Source of the DNA: Spirochaetia bacterium
GTDB taxonomy: Bacteria; Spirochaetota; Spirochaetia; DSM-2461
DNA: 64,000 bases
Assembly (NCBI GenBank): GCA_963668315.1
Contig: OY764216.1
Location: 2,368,001-2,432,000, forward strand
Reading direction: 5' to 3'
The stretch's first letter is position 1. Each line of letters begins with the position of its first letter. This document shows positions 18,851-27,679 of the stretch, in pieces. Made by a program: the position numbers and the translations under genes. The notes beneath the pieces are model-generated. The model had not been told where the DNA came from. It saw only the letters and a program-made list of their open reading frames with translations, and did no database searches.

Positions 18851-20854
18851 CTAATTGTCTTTGTTGTTATTAAAAGTATCGAGAAAACTTGAGCTGGACT
18901 GTAGCTGATTAAGGGTACTTTCCATATTTCCGTATTTTACGCGTAATTCCTGTTCGTAATCTTCCAGATAGGCCTGGTAATCGGTGATCTCTTCATCTTT
19001 TCTGTCAATGGCGTCGTCGAGCCGGTCCGTCTTGAGGGAGAGTATCCCTCCCGTCTGGGTATAGGCTTTCAGATAGTTGTCCAGGGAAACGCCCACGCCG
19101 CTGTCAAGAATAAGGTCCCCGTCCGTGTCCAGTCCGAAAAGCTCTCTGACCGCGATGATCTTCGATTCAAGAATCTGATCCACCTCATCCTCGTTGATCT
19201 CCAGGTAGCCCCTGAGCTTTCCCGCAGTCAGGCTGCTGCCGGGGGTCTCGTTGGTGGAGATTCCCATCTGCGCCAGAAGGGAGAGGCCGCGGCCTTCGCT
19301 TGTCTCGTAGGGGGATGCCATGATCGTCTGAAGCCTGTCCTTCATCTGGCGGAGGGTCATATCGCCCCTCAGCTGACCAAGGGCTTCCAGGGCTTCGTCC
19401 CGTTCGTCGTCGGTGAAGTACTCCTTTTCATTGATTATATCTTCGTTATCGGTGGTCAGGACAAGGATATTGGTCATGAGGTTGTTATACTCATAGACGA
19501 ATTTGATCAAAGCCTCTTTGGCCGATTCCGTATCGGGCTTGATTTCCAGATCGACTTCGTCGTCGCTGGCCCGTCTCAGGGTCAGATTGATCCCCGGGAT
19601 GAGATCGTCCACATTATTCGTTTCCCGTATAACCTCTATGCCGTTGAACTCAATAATGGCGTCCCGGGCCGTATCGGCGGCGTTGACCGGTTCGTAATCG
19701 GCCACAATCGTCGGATCGTAAACCTGAATATCCTTGACTGTGATATTCCGATAGGTGTTGTTATTCTTGAGAATGACAGAGTTAAGGTTGTCCACAAGGG
19801 GGCTCAGCTGAACCGTCATGGTCTGAAAAGCCTGTGAATCCTTGATGGGGGAGGCATTATAGCTGCCCGTTCCGTCACTGAGGGAAAGCACGTTGAAATC
19901 GTCAATCCGTTCCGGGAGGGGAGGGCTTTCCCAGGGGGGAAGGCTTACCTGGCTGGCCTGGCTCTGGATGGTTATGCCTTCCAGGGATACGGGGGGCGCT
20001 CCCGGGACCGACGGTTCCGGCGGAGGGGTGGGAGCCAGAGATTCGGGAGGTATCTGAGTCGTCCTGTAGGAGAACTGAAGCACCGAACCGGCTTCCACCT
20101 TATAGGGCGCTGTCAGAGGTATCTCGACCCGGGCGCCGCGGGTCAGTTCCAGCTCTCCTTCCGAAAGGGAGTAGGTTTTCTCTTCCGTGGCTGAGCGGTT
20201 TATTATGTTGCTTTCCGAGGGAATAACGTTTCTCGATTCTGTTCTGACCGGACGGATCATGGCAATATCACGGGCGAAACTTTCGGCGTCATCGGAAAAG
20301 ATAAGCCTGTTTGAACTTCCCGTGGGAATTGCTTCCAGGAGTATGACCTGGCTGTCCTGACGGTTTTTGACAACCGTGGCCTGCAAGATGTTTCTTCCTT
20401 TCTCGTTGAGCCTCTCGGCGAAATCATTGAGTCTTCCCCCGCGGTAACGGAGGGATACCTCATCGTCGCCCACTTGAAAAGTGTAGGTGCCTGAGGGAAC
20501 TCGGTAGTCTTCGTCAAGCTGACCGGAAAGAAAGCGGTCACTGCTTGCCGTCTGTTTTACGGTGACTTTATAATCGGAAAAAGACGCGTCTCTGTCAGCC
20601 GTTGCCGTGAGGACACGTTCGTTAGAGGATTCTACAATTTTACTGGAAAAGGGGTTTTCGAAACCGTAAAGAGATTTGGCCGCTGTCTGCAGGGTAGACA
20701 CCTGCCGGTTCAAATTCAGCCAGTAGCCTTTCTCATTCTTGATTTCTTCTAATTCATCCTCAAGGTTCGTGAGTTTGGTCTTTTCCACTTCGACCAGATC
20801 ATCGACCATTTGAGAATATTTGCTGTTGACGCCGGGTATGGATAAGTCAGACAC
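18851..20854 (-). CDS. fliD: Flagellar filament cap protein
   Basis: MSDLSIPGVNSKY, RETNNVDDLIPGINLTL, LRVKYGNME; follows flaG. Confidence 0.95.
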   Translation of the reverse strand: MSDLSIPGVNSKYSQMVDDLVEVEKTKLTNLEDELEEIKNEKGYWLNLNRQVSTLQTAAKSLYGFENPFSSKIVESSNERVLTATADRDASFSDYKVTVKQTASSDRFLSGQLDEDYRVPSGTYTFQVGDDEVSLRYRGGRLNDFAERLNEKGRNILQATVVKNRQDSQVILLEAIPTGSSNRLIFSDDAESFARDIAMIRPVRTESRNVIPSESNIINRSATEEKTYSLSEGELELTRGARVEIPLTAPYKVEAGSVLQFSYRTTQIPPESLAPTPPPEPSVPGAPPVSLEGITIQSQASQVSLPPWESPPLPERIDDFNVLSLSDGTGSYNASPIKDSQAFQTMTVQLSPLVDNLNSVILKNNNTYRNITVKDIQVYDPTIVADYEPVNAADTARDAIIEFNGIEVIRETNNVDDLIPGINLTLRRASDDEVDLEIKPDTESAKEALIKFVYEYNNLMTNILVLTTDNEDIINEKEYFTDDERDEALEALGQLRGDMTLRQMKDRLQTIMASPYETSEGRGLSLLAQMGISTNETPGSSLTAGKLRGYLEINEDEVDQILESKIIAVRELFGLDTDGDLILDSGVGVSLDNYLKAYTQTGGILSLKTDRLDDAIDRKDEEITDYQAYLEDYEQELRVKYGNMESTLNQLQSSSSFLDTFNNNKDN

Positions 20855-20871
20855 CGTGTCCGTCCCGGCCG

Positions 20872-21237
20872 TTAAATCTCTCTGTCAAACAGGAGCCCGA
20901 TAGCTTCCTGGAGATTTTCATGCAGTCTTTGAATCTCTTCACCTGGTAATTCCCTAATGACTTCATCGGTATTTTTGTCAATAATTTTTACGACAATCAT
21001 ATTGATGTCATCATTTACCCTGTAGCTGAAGCGAGTATTCTTTACCGCATTCTGCAAGGCTTGTTCCAACTCTTTCAAGTTCAGCTCTGGAGAAAGTTCA
21101 TTTTTATTGCCCGTGTTATCCTTAACGATAGGCTTAGGCATTTGCGGAGTCGGTTTCACCTTTACAGGTTCTTCTCCCGCCGTAGCGTTGGCATTAATCG
21201 AGCCTACACCGTTGACAATAGTCGTAGCATAGCTCAT
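20872..21237 (-). CDS. flaG: FlaG family protein
   Basis: IVVKIIDKNTDEVIRELPGEEI...IGLLFDREI. Confidence 0.9.
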   Translation of the reverse strand: MSYATTIVNGVGSINANATAGEEPVKVKPTPQMPKPIVKDNTGNKNELSPELNLKELEQALQNAVKNTRFSYRVNDDINMIVVKIIDKNTDEVIRELPGEEIQRLHENLQEAIGLLFDREI

Positions 21238-21371
21238 AGAGACCTCCTTGTTCTCTAATCAGTGAGATTAAGAGGGGAGGACGCGAACCCCCCTCGGAAT
21301 CTCCCGCTAAAAAGATGACGTCCAGATATCTCTTTGGCGGGCAGCGTCATGCTGCTGAAGTCTTGTTTTCT

Positions 21372-22229
21372 TTAGGCCAGTAGCTGCAATACGTTCTGTG
21401 AACGAACATTGGCTTGCGCCAGCATTGCCATGCCTGCCTGGTTGAGAACCGAGTCCTTGGTGTACTCCACCATTTCAGAAGCCATATTGGCATCTCTGAT
21501 TCCCGATTCCGCTGCCTGAAGGTTTTCTGCTGCAATTGCAACACCCTTGGAAGCCATTTCAAAACGATTCTGATAAGCTCCCAGGTCAGCCCTCTGGCGG
21601 TTAACCATCCGCAACGCATTGTCAACTATACCGATTGTCATATTTGCCCCCTCTACTGAGGAAAGCGAAATACTTCCGTTATCGGTACCCTGTCCGTTCT
21701 GAAGACCTAACGCAGTGGCGGTCATAGTGCCTATAAAGATCTGTTCGCTCTGATCCATATTGGCTCCCACCTGAATCTGCATGATATCCCCTGTAGCAGA
21801 GGATGCTGCAAATCTACCGGTCAGCATATTCATTCCGTTAAACTGAGCGTGGGAAGCAATCCGATTTACCTCGTCAACCAATTGTGAAACTTCTACCTGA
21901 ATCTGCATTCTGTCTTCCGAAGTATAAATACCGTTCGCCGACTGTACCGAAAGTTCTCTGATTCTGCCCAGAATGTCCGATGTTTCCTGCAGGTATCCTT
22001 CGGATGCCTGAATAAAAGAAACGCCGTTACCGATGTTCCTAACCGCCTGGTTAAGACCACCGATCTGTGCCCTCATCTTTTCCGATACGGCCAGTCCGGA
22101 AGCGTCATCGCCAGCCTTATTGATTCTAAGACCGGATGAAAGCTTCTCCATTGAAGTGCTAAGGTTAAGGTCGGTTACACCAAGATTCCTGTCCGCATTA
22201 AGAGCGCTCATGTTGTGATTAATTACCAT
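21372..22229 (-). CDS. flaB: Periplasmic flagellar filament core protein (FlaB-type flagellin)
   Basis: [41 protein letters not shown] 22229 with AAGGAGG SD. Confidence 0.97.
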   Translation of the reverse strand: MVINHNMSALNADRNLGVTDLNLSTSMEKLSSGLRINKAGDDASGLAVSEKMRAQIGGLNQAVRNIGNGVSFIQASEGYLQETSDILGRIRELSVQSANGIYTSEDRMQIQVEVSQLVDEVNRIASHAQFNGMNMLTGRFAASSATGDIMQIQVGANMDQSEQIFIGTMTATALGLQNGQGTDNGSISLSSVEGANMTIGIVDNALRMVNRQRADLGAYQNRFEMASKGVAIAAENLQAAESGIRDANMASEMVEYTKDSVLNQAGMAMLAQANVRSQNVLQLLA

Positions 22230-22252
22230 GGATTTCCCTCCTTGAAAGTTAC

Positions 22253-22268
22253 TGGGCATCCTTGCCCA
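22253..22268 (-). promoter_or_regulatory. CsrA-binding-type hairpin in the flaB leader
   Basis: TGGGCA-AGGA-TGCCCA: GGA in a loop about 25-40 nt upstream of the ATG; same core as at 23337-23350. Confidence 0.75.
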
Positions 22269-22338
22269 ATTCCTTGTATACCGCAAAGAACCTACGAATG
22301 GGATATCGCGCCACCCATCCCCAAATTCTAGCTCAACA

Positions 22339-22378
22339 AGGAGATTTCTCCCTGATAATTATCCGGGAAAAATCTCCT
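22339..22378 (-). other. Long intergenic hairpin between the two flagellin genes
   Basis: AGGAGATTTCTCCCTGATA...TATCCGGGAAAAATCTCCT, 19-bp arms with 2 deviations; no clear U-tract. Confidence 0.55.
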
Positions 22379-22443
22379 CACCCTGCGTATACATAAGGAG
22401 GAAATCTGTCAAAGAACAAAACTCCTATGGTAATTATACAATA

Positions 22444-23304
22444 CTACTGGAGCAGTTGCAAGACATTTTGTCCACGGGTATTAGCCTGTGCCAGCATGGA
22501 GTTGCTTGCCTGTGTCAGGATGTTATCCTTGGCAAACTCTACACTGACCTTAGCCATATCCGCATCACGGATTCTGGACTCGGAAGCCTGCAGGTTTTCA
22601 GCGGCGATGTCGATACCTTTGGTCGCCATTTCCAGTCTGTTCTGGTAGGCACCCAGGTCGGCGCGCTGCTTGTTGACCTGTTTCAGGGCGGCGTCGAGAA
22701 CACCGATGTTCCTGTTGGCCTGTTCAGGAGTGGAGAGGCTCATGATGTTGCCTGTTCCTACCTGTCTGATACCAAGGGAAGACGCTGTCATGGTACCGAT
22801 AAATACCTGTTCTCTCTGGTCCATGTTGGCACCGATGTGGAGCCACATAGAGGAAGTAACAGTGTTGTTACCAGTGTCCTTGGCAAAACGTCCGGTCAGC
22901 ATGTTCATGCCGTTGAACTGAGCGTGGGAAGCGATTCTGTCAACTTCGTCTACCAGCTGGGAAACCTCAACCTGGATCTGCATTCTGTCTTCTGATGTAT
23001 AGATACCATTGGAAGACTGAACGGCCAGTTCGCGGATTCTCAACAGAACGTCGGAAGTTTCCTGAAGGTAGCCTTCGGAAGTCTGGATGAAGCTGATTCC
23101 ATCGCCGGCATTCCTGGATGCCTGGTTCAAACCCTGGATCTGAGCCCGCATTTTTTCGGAGATAGCCAAACCGGCTGCATCGTCCCCGGCTCTGTTGATT
23201 CTGAGTCCCGAGGAGAGTTTCTCCATGTCCTTGGCTACGTTCGTATTGTTTACGCCGAGCTGTCTATCTGCATTCAGTGCAGACATGTTGTGATTGATGA
23301 TCAT
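22444..23304 (-). CDS. flaB: Periplasmic flagellar filament core protein (FlaB-type flagellin)
   Basis: [51 protein letters not shown]. Confidence 0.97.
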   Translation of the reverse strand: MIINHNMSALNADRQLGVNNTNVAKDMEKLSSGLRINRAGDDAAGLAISEKMRAQIQGLNQASRNAGDGISFIQTSEGYLQETSDVLLRIRELAVQSSNGIYTSEDRMQIQVEVSQLVDEVDRIASHAQFNGMNMLTGRFAKDTGNNTVTSSMWLHIGANMDQREQVFIGTMTASSLGIRQVGTGNIMSLSTPEQANRNIGVLDAALKQVNKQRADLGAYQNRLEMATKGIDIAAENLQASESRIRDADMAKVSVEFAKDNILTQASNSMLAQANTRGQNVLQLLQ

Positions 23305-23336
23305 TCTTCATTCCTCCATGAATAAAGTATTAAATA

Positions 23337-23350
23337 GGGCATCCTTGCCC
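23337..23350 (-). promoter_or_regulatory. CsrA-binding-type hairpin in the flaB leader
   Basis: GGGCA-AGGA-TGCCC, followed by a second GGA site overlapping the SD (CATGGAGGAATG). Confidence 0.75.
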
Positions 23351-23406
23351 GATCGGGAGGGCCTCGGCATTTCTGAAAAATACTTTAGACCTTTCCCGTA
23401 CTTTTT

Positions 23407-23435
23407 TTATCGACACCCCCCCTGAATAAACTTGA
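23407..23435 (-). promoter_or_regulatory. sigma28-type promoter of flaB
   Basis: TCAAGTTT...GTCGATAA (TCAA-N17-GTCGATAA) about 100 nt upstream of flaB. Confidence 0.6.
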
Positions 23436-23669
23436 AAAAAATTTTCACTTTTTCTTAAAGATTTTTAAAAATTGCCGAATATAAAATGGGGCAGTCGACA
23501 AAAAGGGCTTAAAACGGTGTTTTTAAGGGATAACAGAGGGTTTTTTGAGAAATACCGAAAGTCACTTATGAACGGGAAAAGAAGAGAATTGTTGTCGCTT
23601 AAGCCTGATTATAAAGTTTTTCAGTCAAATCTGAGGCGGGTTCACTGTGTTTTGGAAGGATAGCCGGCA

Positions 23670-24512
23670 TTAATCGAGATAATTGAGAAGAGGATCCTCG
23701 GGATCTATTTCCCTTAGCCGATTCAAGGCATCCTCGGCGCGGCTCAAATCATTCATCTTCAGGTAAACCATGGCCTTGTTGGAGAGAAGGGTGGTGTTTT
23801 CCTCTTCCATCTCAAGACCTTCATCGAGGTAGGCGAGAGCCTGATCCCATTCACCTCTTTCCGATTCGCAGAGAGCCATTTCATTCAGCAGTTCCACTGT
23901 GGGGGGAGCGGACTCTTTCGATTTTGTAAAAGCGGATAAAGCCTCGTCCCATTTCTCATTCTGCCGCAGAGCCCAGCCCAGAAGAAACCATCCGTTGGAC
24001 GAGTCTTCGTGGCTTTCGAGAAAAGAACGGATCTGAGCGATACCTTCGTCCCAGTTTTTTTTCCGGATATTCTCAAGAGCCCTCGTATAGGTCTCGTTGC
24101 CCTTCAGACGATGATCCTCCCGGGTCCGGTAGAAAAGAGTCAGATTGGATCGGTGGGTTTTTTCTTCCGGCTCTAAGGCGCACAGGGTAAGAAAAAGCTC
24201 TTCTGCAAAGGAAAACTGCTCCTGATCAACCTTAAGACGGGCGGCTGTCAGAACGGTACTTACAATATCGGGGCGAACCGCTTTAACAAGTCTTCGGTAG
24301 TAATCGGCTTCACGCCCTTCCGGCTCTTTTGCCAGCACGTATAACATACCGCTTATCAGGGCCGGCCATTCAAGGCGGCTGATGTCCCAGCTGTCCTTTT
24401 CATCCTCAGGTACTTCTACGGGCAGAGGAATGGATGTATCGAGGGGAAAACCTTCTATCTGGCTCGAAAGACGGTCGGGAAGGGAAATGTAAAGGATTTT
24501 TTTCTTCGTCAT
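23670..24512 (-). CDS. TPR-repeat protein
   Basis: Several TPR motifs (GWFLLGWALRQNEKWDEAL; LLSNKAMVYLKMNDLSRAEDALNRLREIDPED). Confidence 0.85.
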   Translation of the reverse strand: MTKKKILYISLPDRLSSQIEGFPLDTSIPLPVEVPEDEKDSWDISRLEWPALISGMLYVLAKEPEGREADYYRRLVKAVRPDIVSTVLTAARLKVDQEQFSFAEELFLTLCALEPEEKTHRSNLTLFYRTREDHRLKGNETYTRALENIRKKNWDEGIAQIRSFLESHEDSSNGWFLLGWALRQNEKWDEALSAFTKSKESAPPTVELLNEMALCESERGEWDQALAYLDEGLEMEEENTTLLSNKAMVYLKMNDLSRAEDALNRLREIDPEDPLLNYLD

Positions 24513-25327
24513 TCTTCGTGTGTCTTTGGCTGTTTCACCGAATGAAAGTAACTGTTCAAAGCCAGAGTATACTGCATGGGAATGCCTTTTTCATCATAAA
24601 CGAGGGCTATGGCGCAAAGGTCCTTGCGTCCCTCTACCGTTTCGAAACGCTTGATAACCCCGGACAGCTGGAGGAGGGAACCGTCTTTCATATTAATACC
24701 CATGGAAAAGGTTTTATTAATAAGAAATTTGGCGTTACCCAGGATAATTGCCTTCATTCCTCCGAAGGAAACATCCCTGATGATGGCATTCCTGGGAATA
24801 TTGTCTATCACGAGGGCGGCATTCTTACTGGCAAACCCGAGTTTTCTCAATGTATCCGGTGTCAGAATGACCCTCTCTTCCCTGCGCTTTTTGGCTACGA
24901 TCGTCGCTTCCAGCATGGTGCCGAGTATCTGAATCAGATCATCCGGCGGCCTCTGGGAATATTCACAGTTGAGAAGGTAAAGTCCTGTCTCCTTTTTAAA
25001 AAGGCTCATGGAGGTAATTTTGGATTGAATAAAAAAGGAGATGTAATCGGAAGGCCGGTCAATGTCCTTAAAACAGAACCGAACGGAAATCTGGTTGTTC
25101 TGTTCCTTGATTAACCCCATGGTGGCGGCATCGAGAGTGATCAGAATCTTGGCCGATTTCATGGAGGAGGAATAGATCACGCATGCCTGTTGGCCGCCGG
25201 AAAATTTAATGTATACCTGTTTGGGTATCAGCCCCAGGCTTAATATGATGTCTTTGGTGAAGGTAACGTCCTGGTCGGCATAATCCTTATAGTAATTATT
25301 GAGTTGCTGAGCCGTAATTAACGCCAT
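24509..25327 (-). CDS. PilZ-domain protein
   Basis: RREER and RDVSFGG motifs; spirochaete-type N-terminal PilZN-like half. Confidence 0.85.
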   Translation of the reverse strand: MALITAQQLNNYYKDYADQDVTFTKDIILSLGLIPKQVYIKFSGGQQACVIYSSSMKSAKILITLDAATMGLIKEQNNQISVRFCFKDIDRPSDYISFFIQSKITSMSLFKKETGLYLLNCEYSQRPPDDLIQILGTMLEATIVAKKRREERVILTPDTLRKLGFASKNAALVIDNIPRNAIIRDVSFGGMKAIILGNAKFLINKTFSMGINMKDGSLLQLSGVIKRFETVEGRKDLCAIALVYDEKGIPMQYTLALNSYFHSVKQPKTHEE

Positions 25328-25344
25328 TATTACCTCTTATAAAA

Positions 25345-25520
25345 ACCCGCGATGCCGTCCAGGGAAAGGTGGCTCTTGAACACCAATGGTTCAAGGGGGA
25401 GTCCGTTCCTAAGCTTCCTGTTTTTCCACAAGGGATAGCAATTCTAGCAAAGGCATATAGGAGTCCCGTTTTTTATTCTTAGTCGCAAGAGACAATTTCC
25501 TCATCGCGAACACCGCAGGT
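25345..25520 (-). ncRNA. ssrS: 6S RNA
   Basis: About 176 nt directly downstream of zapA. Complementary ends ACCTGCGGTGTTCG / CGGCATCGCGGGT; internal CCTTGAACC...GTTCAAG matching the conserved 6S 3' bulge hairpin. Confidence 0.85.
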
Positions 25521-25523
25521 CAA

Positions 25524-25835
25524 TTATTCTTTTTCTTCAAGAACCCGGTCAATAAGCTCAATCATATTCTGAGCTGCATCACCGAATTCATCTTCCATTG
25601 TACTACATGAATAGTGTTCATGTCCACGGTTCATTTCCGATTTGAATAACTCGTCTACAATGTTAAAACTGGTAAGTATGGATAGTTTCAAAGGATCCTG
25701 CAGGGGAGATCTCTCCTGGGTTTCCTTGAGTTTTTTCTGGTAATAGGAGACAACCTTTTTAATATAATCGTGATTGTTGCCGGCCTTTATGGACAAGGCC
25801 GTTCCGAGTATTTTTATCTGGAGGATGTCATCCAT
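25524..25835 (-). CDS. zapA: Cell division protein ZapA
   Basis: LQIKILGT...DPLKLSILTSFNIVDELF; zapB-zapA-ssrS order. Confidence 0.85.
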   Translation of the reverse strand: MDDILQIKILGTALSIKAGNNHDYIKKVVSYYQKKLKETQERSPLQDPLKLSILTSFNIVDELFKSEMNRGHEHYSCSTMEDEFGDAAQNMIELIDRVLEEKE

Positions 25836-25841
25836 GAATAA

Positions 25842-26441
25842 TCAGAAGATATCCAGGTCCTGGGGAGACCTGGAATCTTCATTTTCTTCCTGCTGTTCCG
25901 AATGATTGACTTGACTCTCTTCCTCATCGGAAACAAGGGGTATTCCCTCGTCAATATCGGGTTCTTCACTGGCAGGCTGATCAGCCGTTTCTTCAGCAGC
26001 GGCTTCGAACTGCATCTCATCGGCAGCAAAAGTCTCTTCCAGAGCAGGTTCGTCATCTTCCGCTTCTTCCTCATCCATAAAAATGGTTTCGTCAGATTCG
26101 TCGTCCTCTTCTTCCTCTTCCGGAATTTCCTCTTCGATTAAAACGTCCTCTTCACCGGTATGGGGCTCGAGAATGATCTCTTCCTGTTCCTGCTGGACCG
26201 GAGCGGATGTATCTTCCTCATCAACCTGTTCTAACCGTGAAAGTACGTCAATGAAACCCTCTTCAATTTTATCACTGTCGGACTGATAGGAGGAAAGCTC
26301 ACCTTCAAGTCTGGCAATTGTCTCTTCGTAAGAAGCCACTTGCGCTTTGAGGGTATTCTTTTCTTCCCTGAGACGATTGATAAGTTCAATAGCGTCTTTT
26401 ATTTTTTTGTCCAAAACCTGAATCTGTTCAAGGGTAATCAT
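25842..26441 (-). CDS. zapB: ZapB-like coiled-coil protein with a long acidic tail
   Basis: MITLEQIQVLDKKIKDAIELINRLREEKNTL heptads; upstream of zapA. Confidence 0.65.
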   Translation of the reverse strand: MITLEQIQVLDKKIKDAIELINRLREEKNTLKAQVASYEETIARLEGELSSYQSDSDKIEEGFIDVLSRLEQVDEEDTSAPVQQEQEEIILEPHTGEEDVLIEEEIPEEEEEDDESDETIFMDEEEAEDDEPALEETFAADEMQFEAAAEETADQPASEEPDIDEGIPLVSDEEESQVNHSEQQEENEDSRSPQDLDIF

Positions 26442-26481
26442 TTACTACCAAATCTCCTTTCGGCCGCGAAGGACCGAAAAA

Positions 26482-26838
26482 TTATTTAAGAGCTGCCTTG
26501 GACTGTTCTACAACAGCCTTGAAGGCTTTGGGATCTTCAAGAGCCATGGAAGCGAGTGCTTTTCTATTGATCTCGATTCCGGCTTTTGTTAATCCGTTGA
26601 TAAACTGAGAATAGGTCATTTCCTGTTCTCTGACTGCGGCAGAAATACGAGCGATCCAGAGCTGTCTGAATTCTCTCTTCTTTACCTTTCTGTCACGATA
26701 GGCGTACTGTCCCGCCTTCTTAACGGCATCTTTTGCCGTTCTGTGAAGCTTACTTCGTCGTCCCCAGTAACCTTTAGCCTCTTTCAGAACTTTTTTACGA
26801 CGATTCTTTCGTCTTGTTCCGTCTACTGCTCTTGGCAT
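26482..26838 (-). CDS. rplT: 50S ribosomal protein L20
   Basis: [22 protein letters not shown]. Confidence 0.99.
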   Translation of the reverse strand: MPRAVDGTRRKNRRKKVLKEAKGYWGRRSKLHRTAKDAVKKAGQYAYRDRKVKKREFRQLWIARISAAVREQEMTYSQFINGLTKAGIEINRKALASMALEDPKAFKAVVEQSKAALK

Positions 26839-26850
26839 TTGCTACCTTCC

Positions 26851-27048
26851 TTATGCGTAGGGTAAAAGTTTGTTAAGTCTAGGTACTTCAGTTTCACTGA
26901 TAACACCGGGGTGTCTTAACGTTCTTTTTCTTTTGGCCGACTTTTTGGTCAAAATATGACGGGTTCCCTGGGCTTTGTACTTAAACTTTCCCGAACCTGT
27001 CTTTTTGAACCTTTTAGCCGCAGCCTTTTTAGATTTCATCTTAGGCAT
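26851..27048 (-). CDS. rpmI: 50S ribosomal protein L35
   Basis: [28 protein letters not shown]. Confidence 0.99.
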   Translation of the reverse strand: MPKMKSKKAAAKRFKKTGSGKFKYKAQGTRHILTKKSAKRKRTLRHPGVISETEVPRLNKLLPYA

Positions 27049-27063
27049 GTTAATACATCCTTT

Positions 27064-27582
27064 TTATTTTTTTCGGGGGCTTAACAGCATGGACATCATA
27101 CGGCCCTCCATCTGGGGCTTGTTGTCCACGTTGAAAGATCCCTCTTCCAGCCTTTCTAAAAGGTTGTCAAGAACAACCTTGCCTAACTCGGTGTGAGCCA
27201 GCTCCCTGCCTCGGAAACGGATCGTCACCTTGCATTTATTGCCGTCGTTCAGGAACTCCTGAACGTGCTTGGATTTAAAGTCCAGATCGTGCTTGTCGAT
27301 CTTGGGCTGCATCCTTACTTCCTTGAGCTTCGTGAGGCTCTGCTTCTTCTTTGCCTCCCTCAGCTTCTTTTCCTGCTCGTATTTGTACTTGCCATAATTC
27401 AGGAGTTTGCAAACCGGCGGTCTGGAAGTAGGAGCTACCTCCACAAGATCAAGATCGGCTTCCTTGGCCATGGCCAGTGCTTCCGAAGTCTGAACGATAC
27501 CTCTCTGTTCTCCTTCTCCGTCGATCAGGCGAACTTCCCTTACTCGGATTTGCTCATTAATCCTCAAATCTTTAGCAGCCAA
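27064..27582 (-). CDS. infC: Translation initiation factor IF-3
   Basis: [34 protein letters not shown]; non-AUG (TTG) start with AAAGGAG SD. Confidence 0.99.
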   Translation of the reverse strand: MAAKDLRINEQIRVREVRLIDGEGEQRGIVQTSEALAMAKEADLDLVEVAPTSRPPVCKLLNYGKYKYEQEKKLREAKKKQSLTKLKEVRMQPKIDKHDLDFKSKHVQEFLNDGNKCKVTIRFRGRELAHTELGKVVLDNLLERLEEGSFNVDNKPQMEGRMMSMLLSPRKK

Positions 27583-27679
27583 ATTTACTCCTTTTTACTA
27601 AACAGAAAACGGAACAGCTCTCTCTCATCTGTCCGCAGGTTGAAAATATAACAGAAAAGAAGGTCTCATGTCCATAAGC

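Noticed and set aside
23472..23663. 63-aa + strand ORF upstream of flaB
   Set aside because: TTG start inside the promoter-like motif, no SD, no motifs; treated as non-coding.
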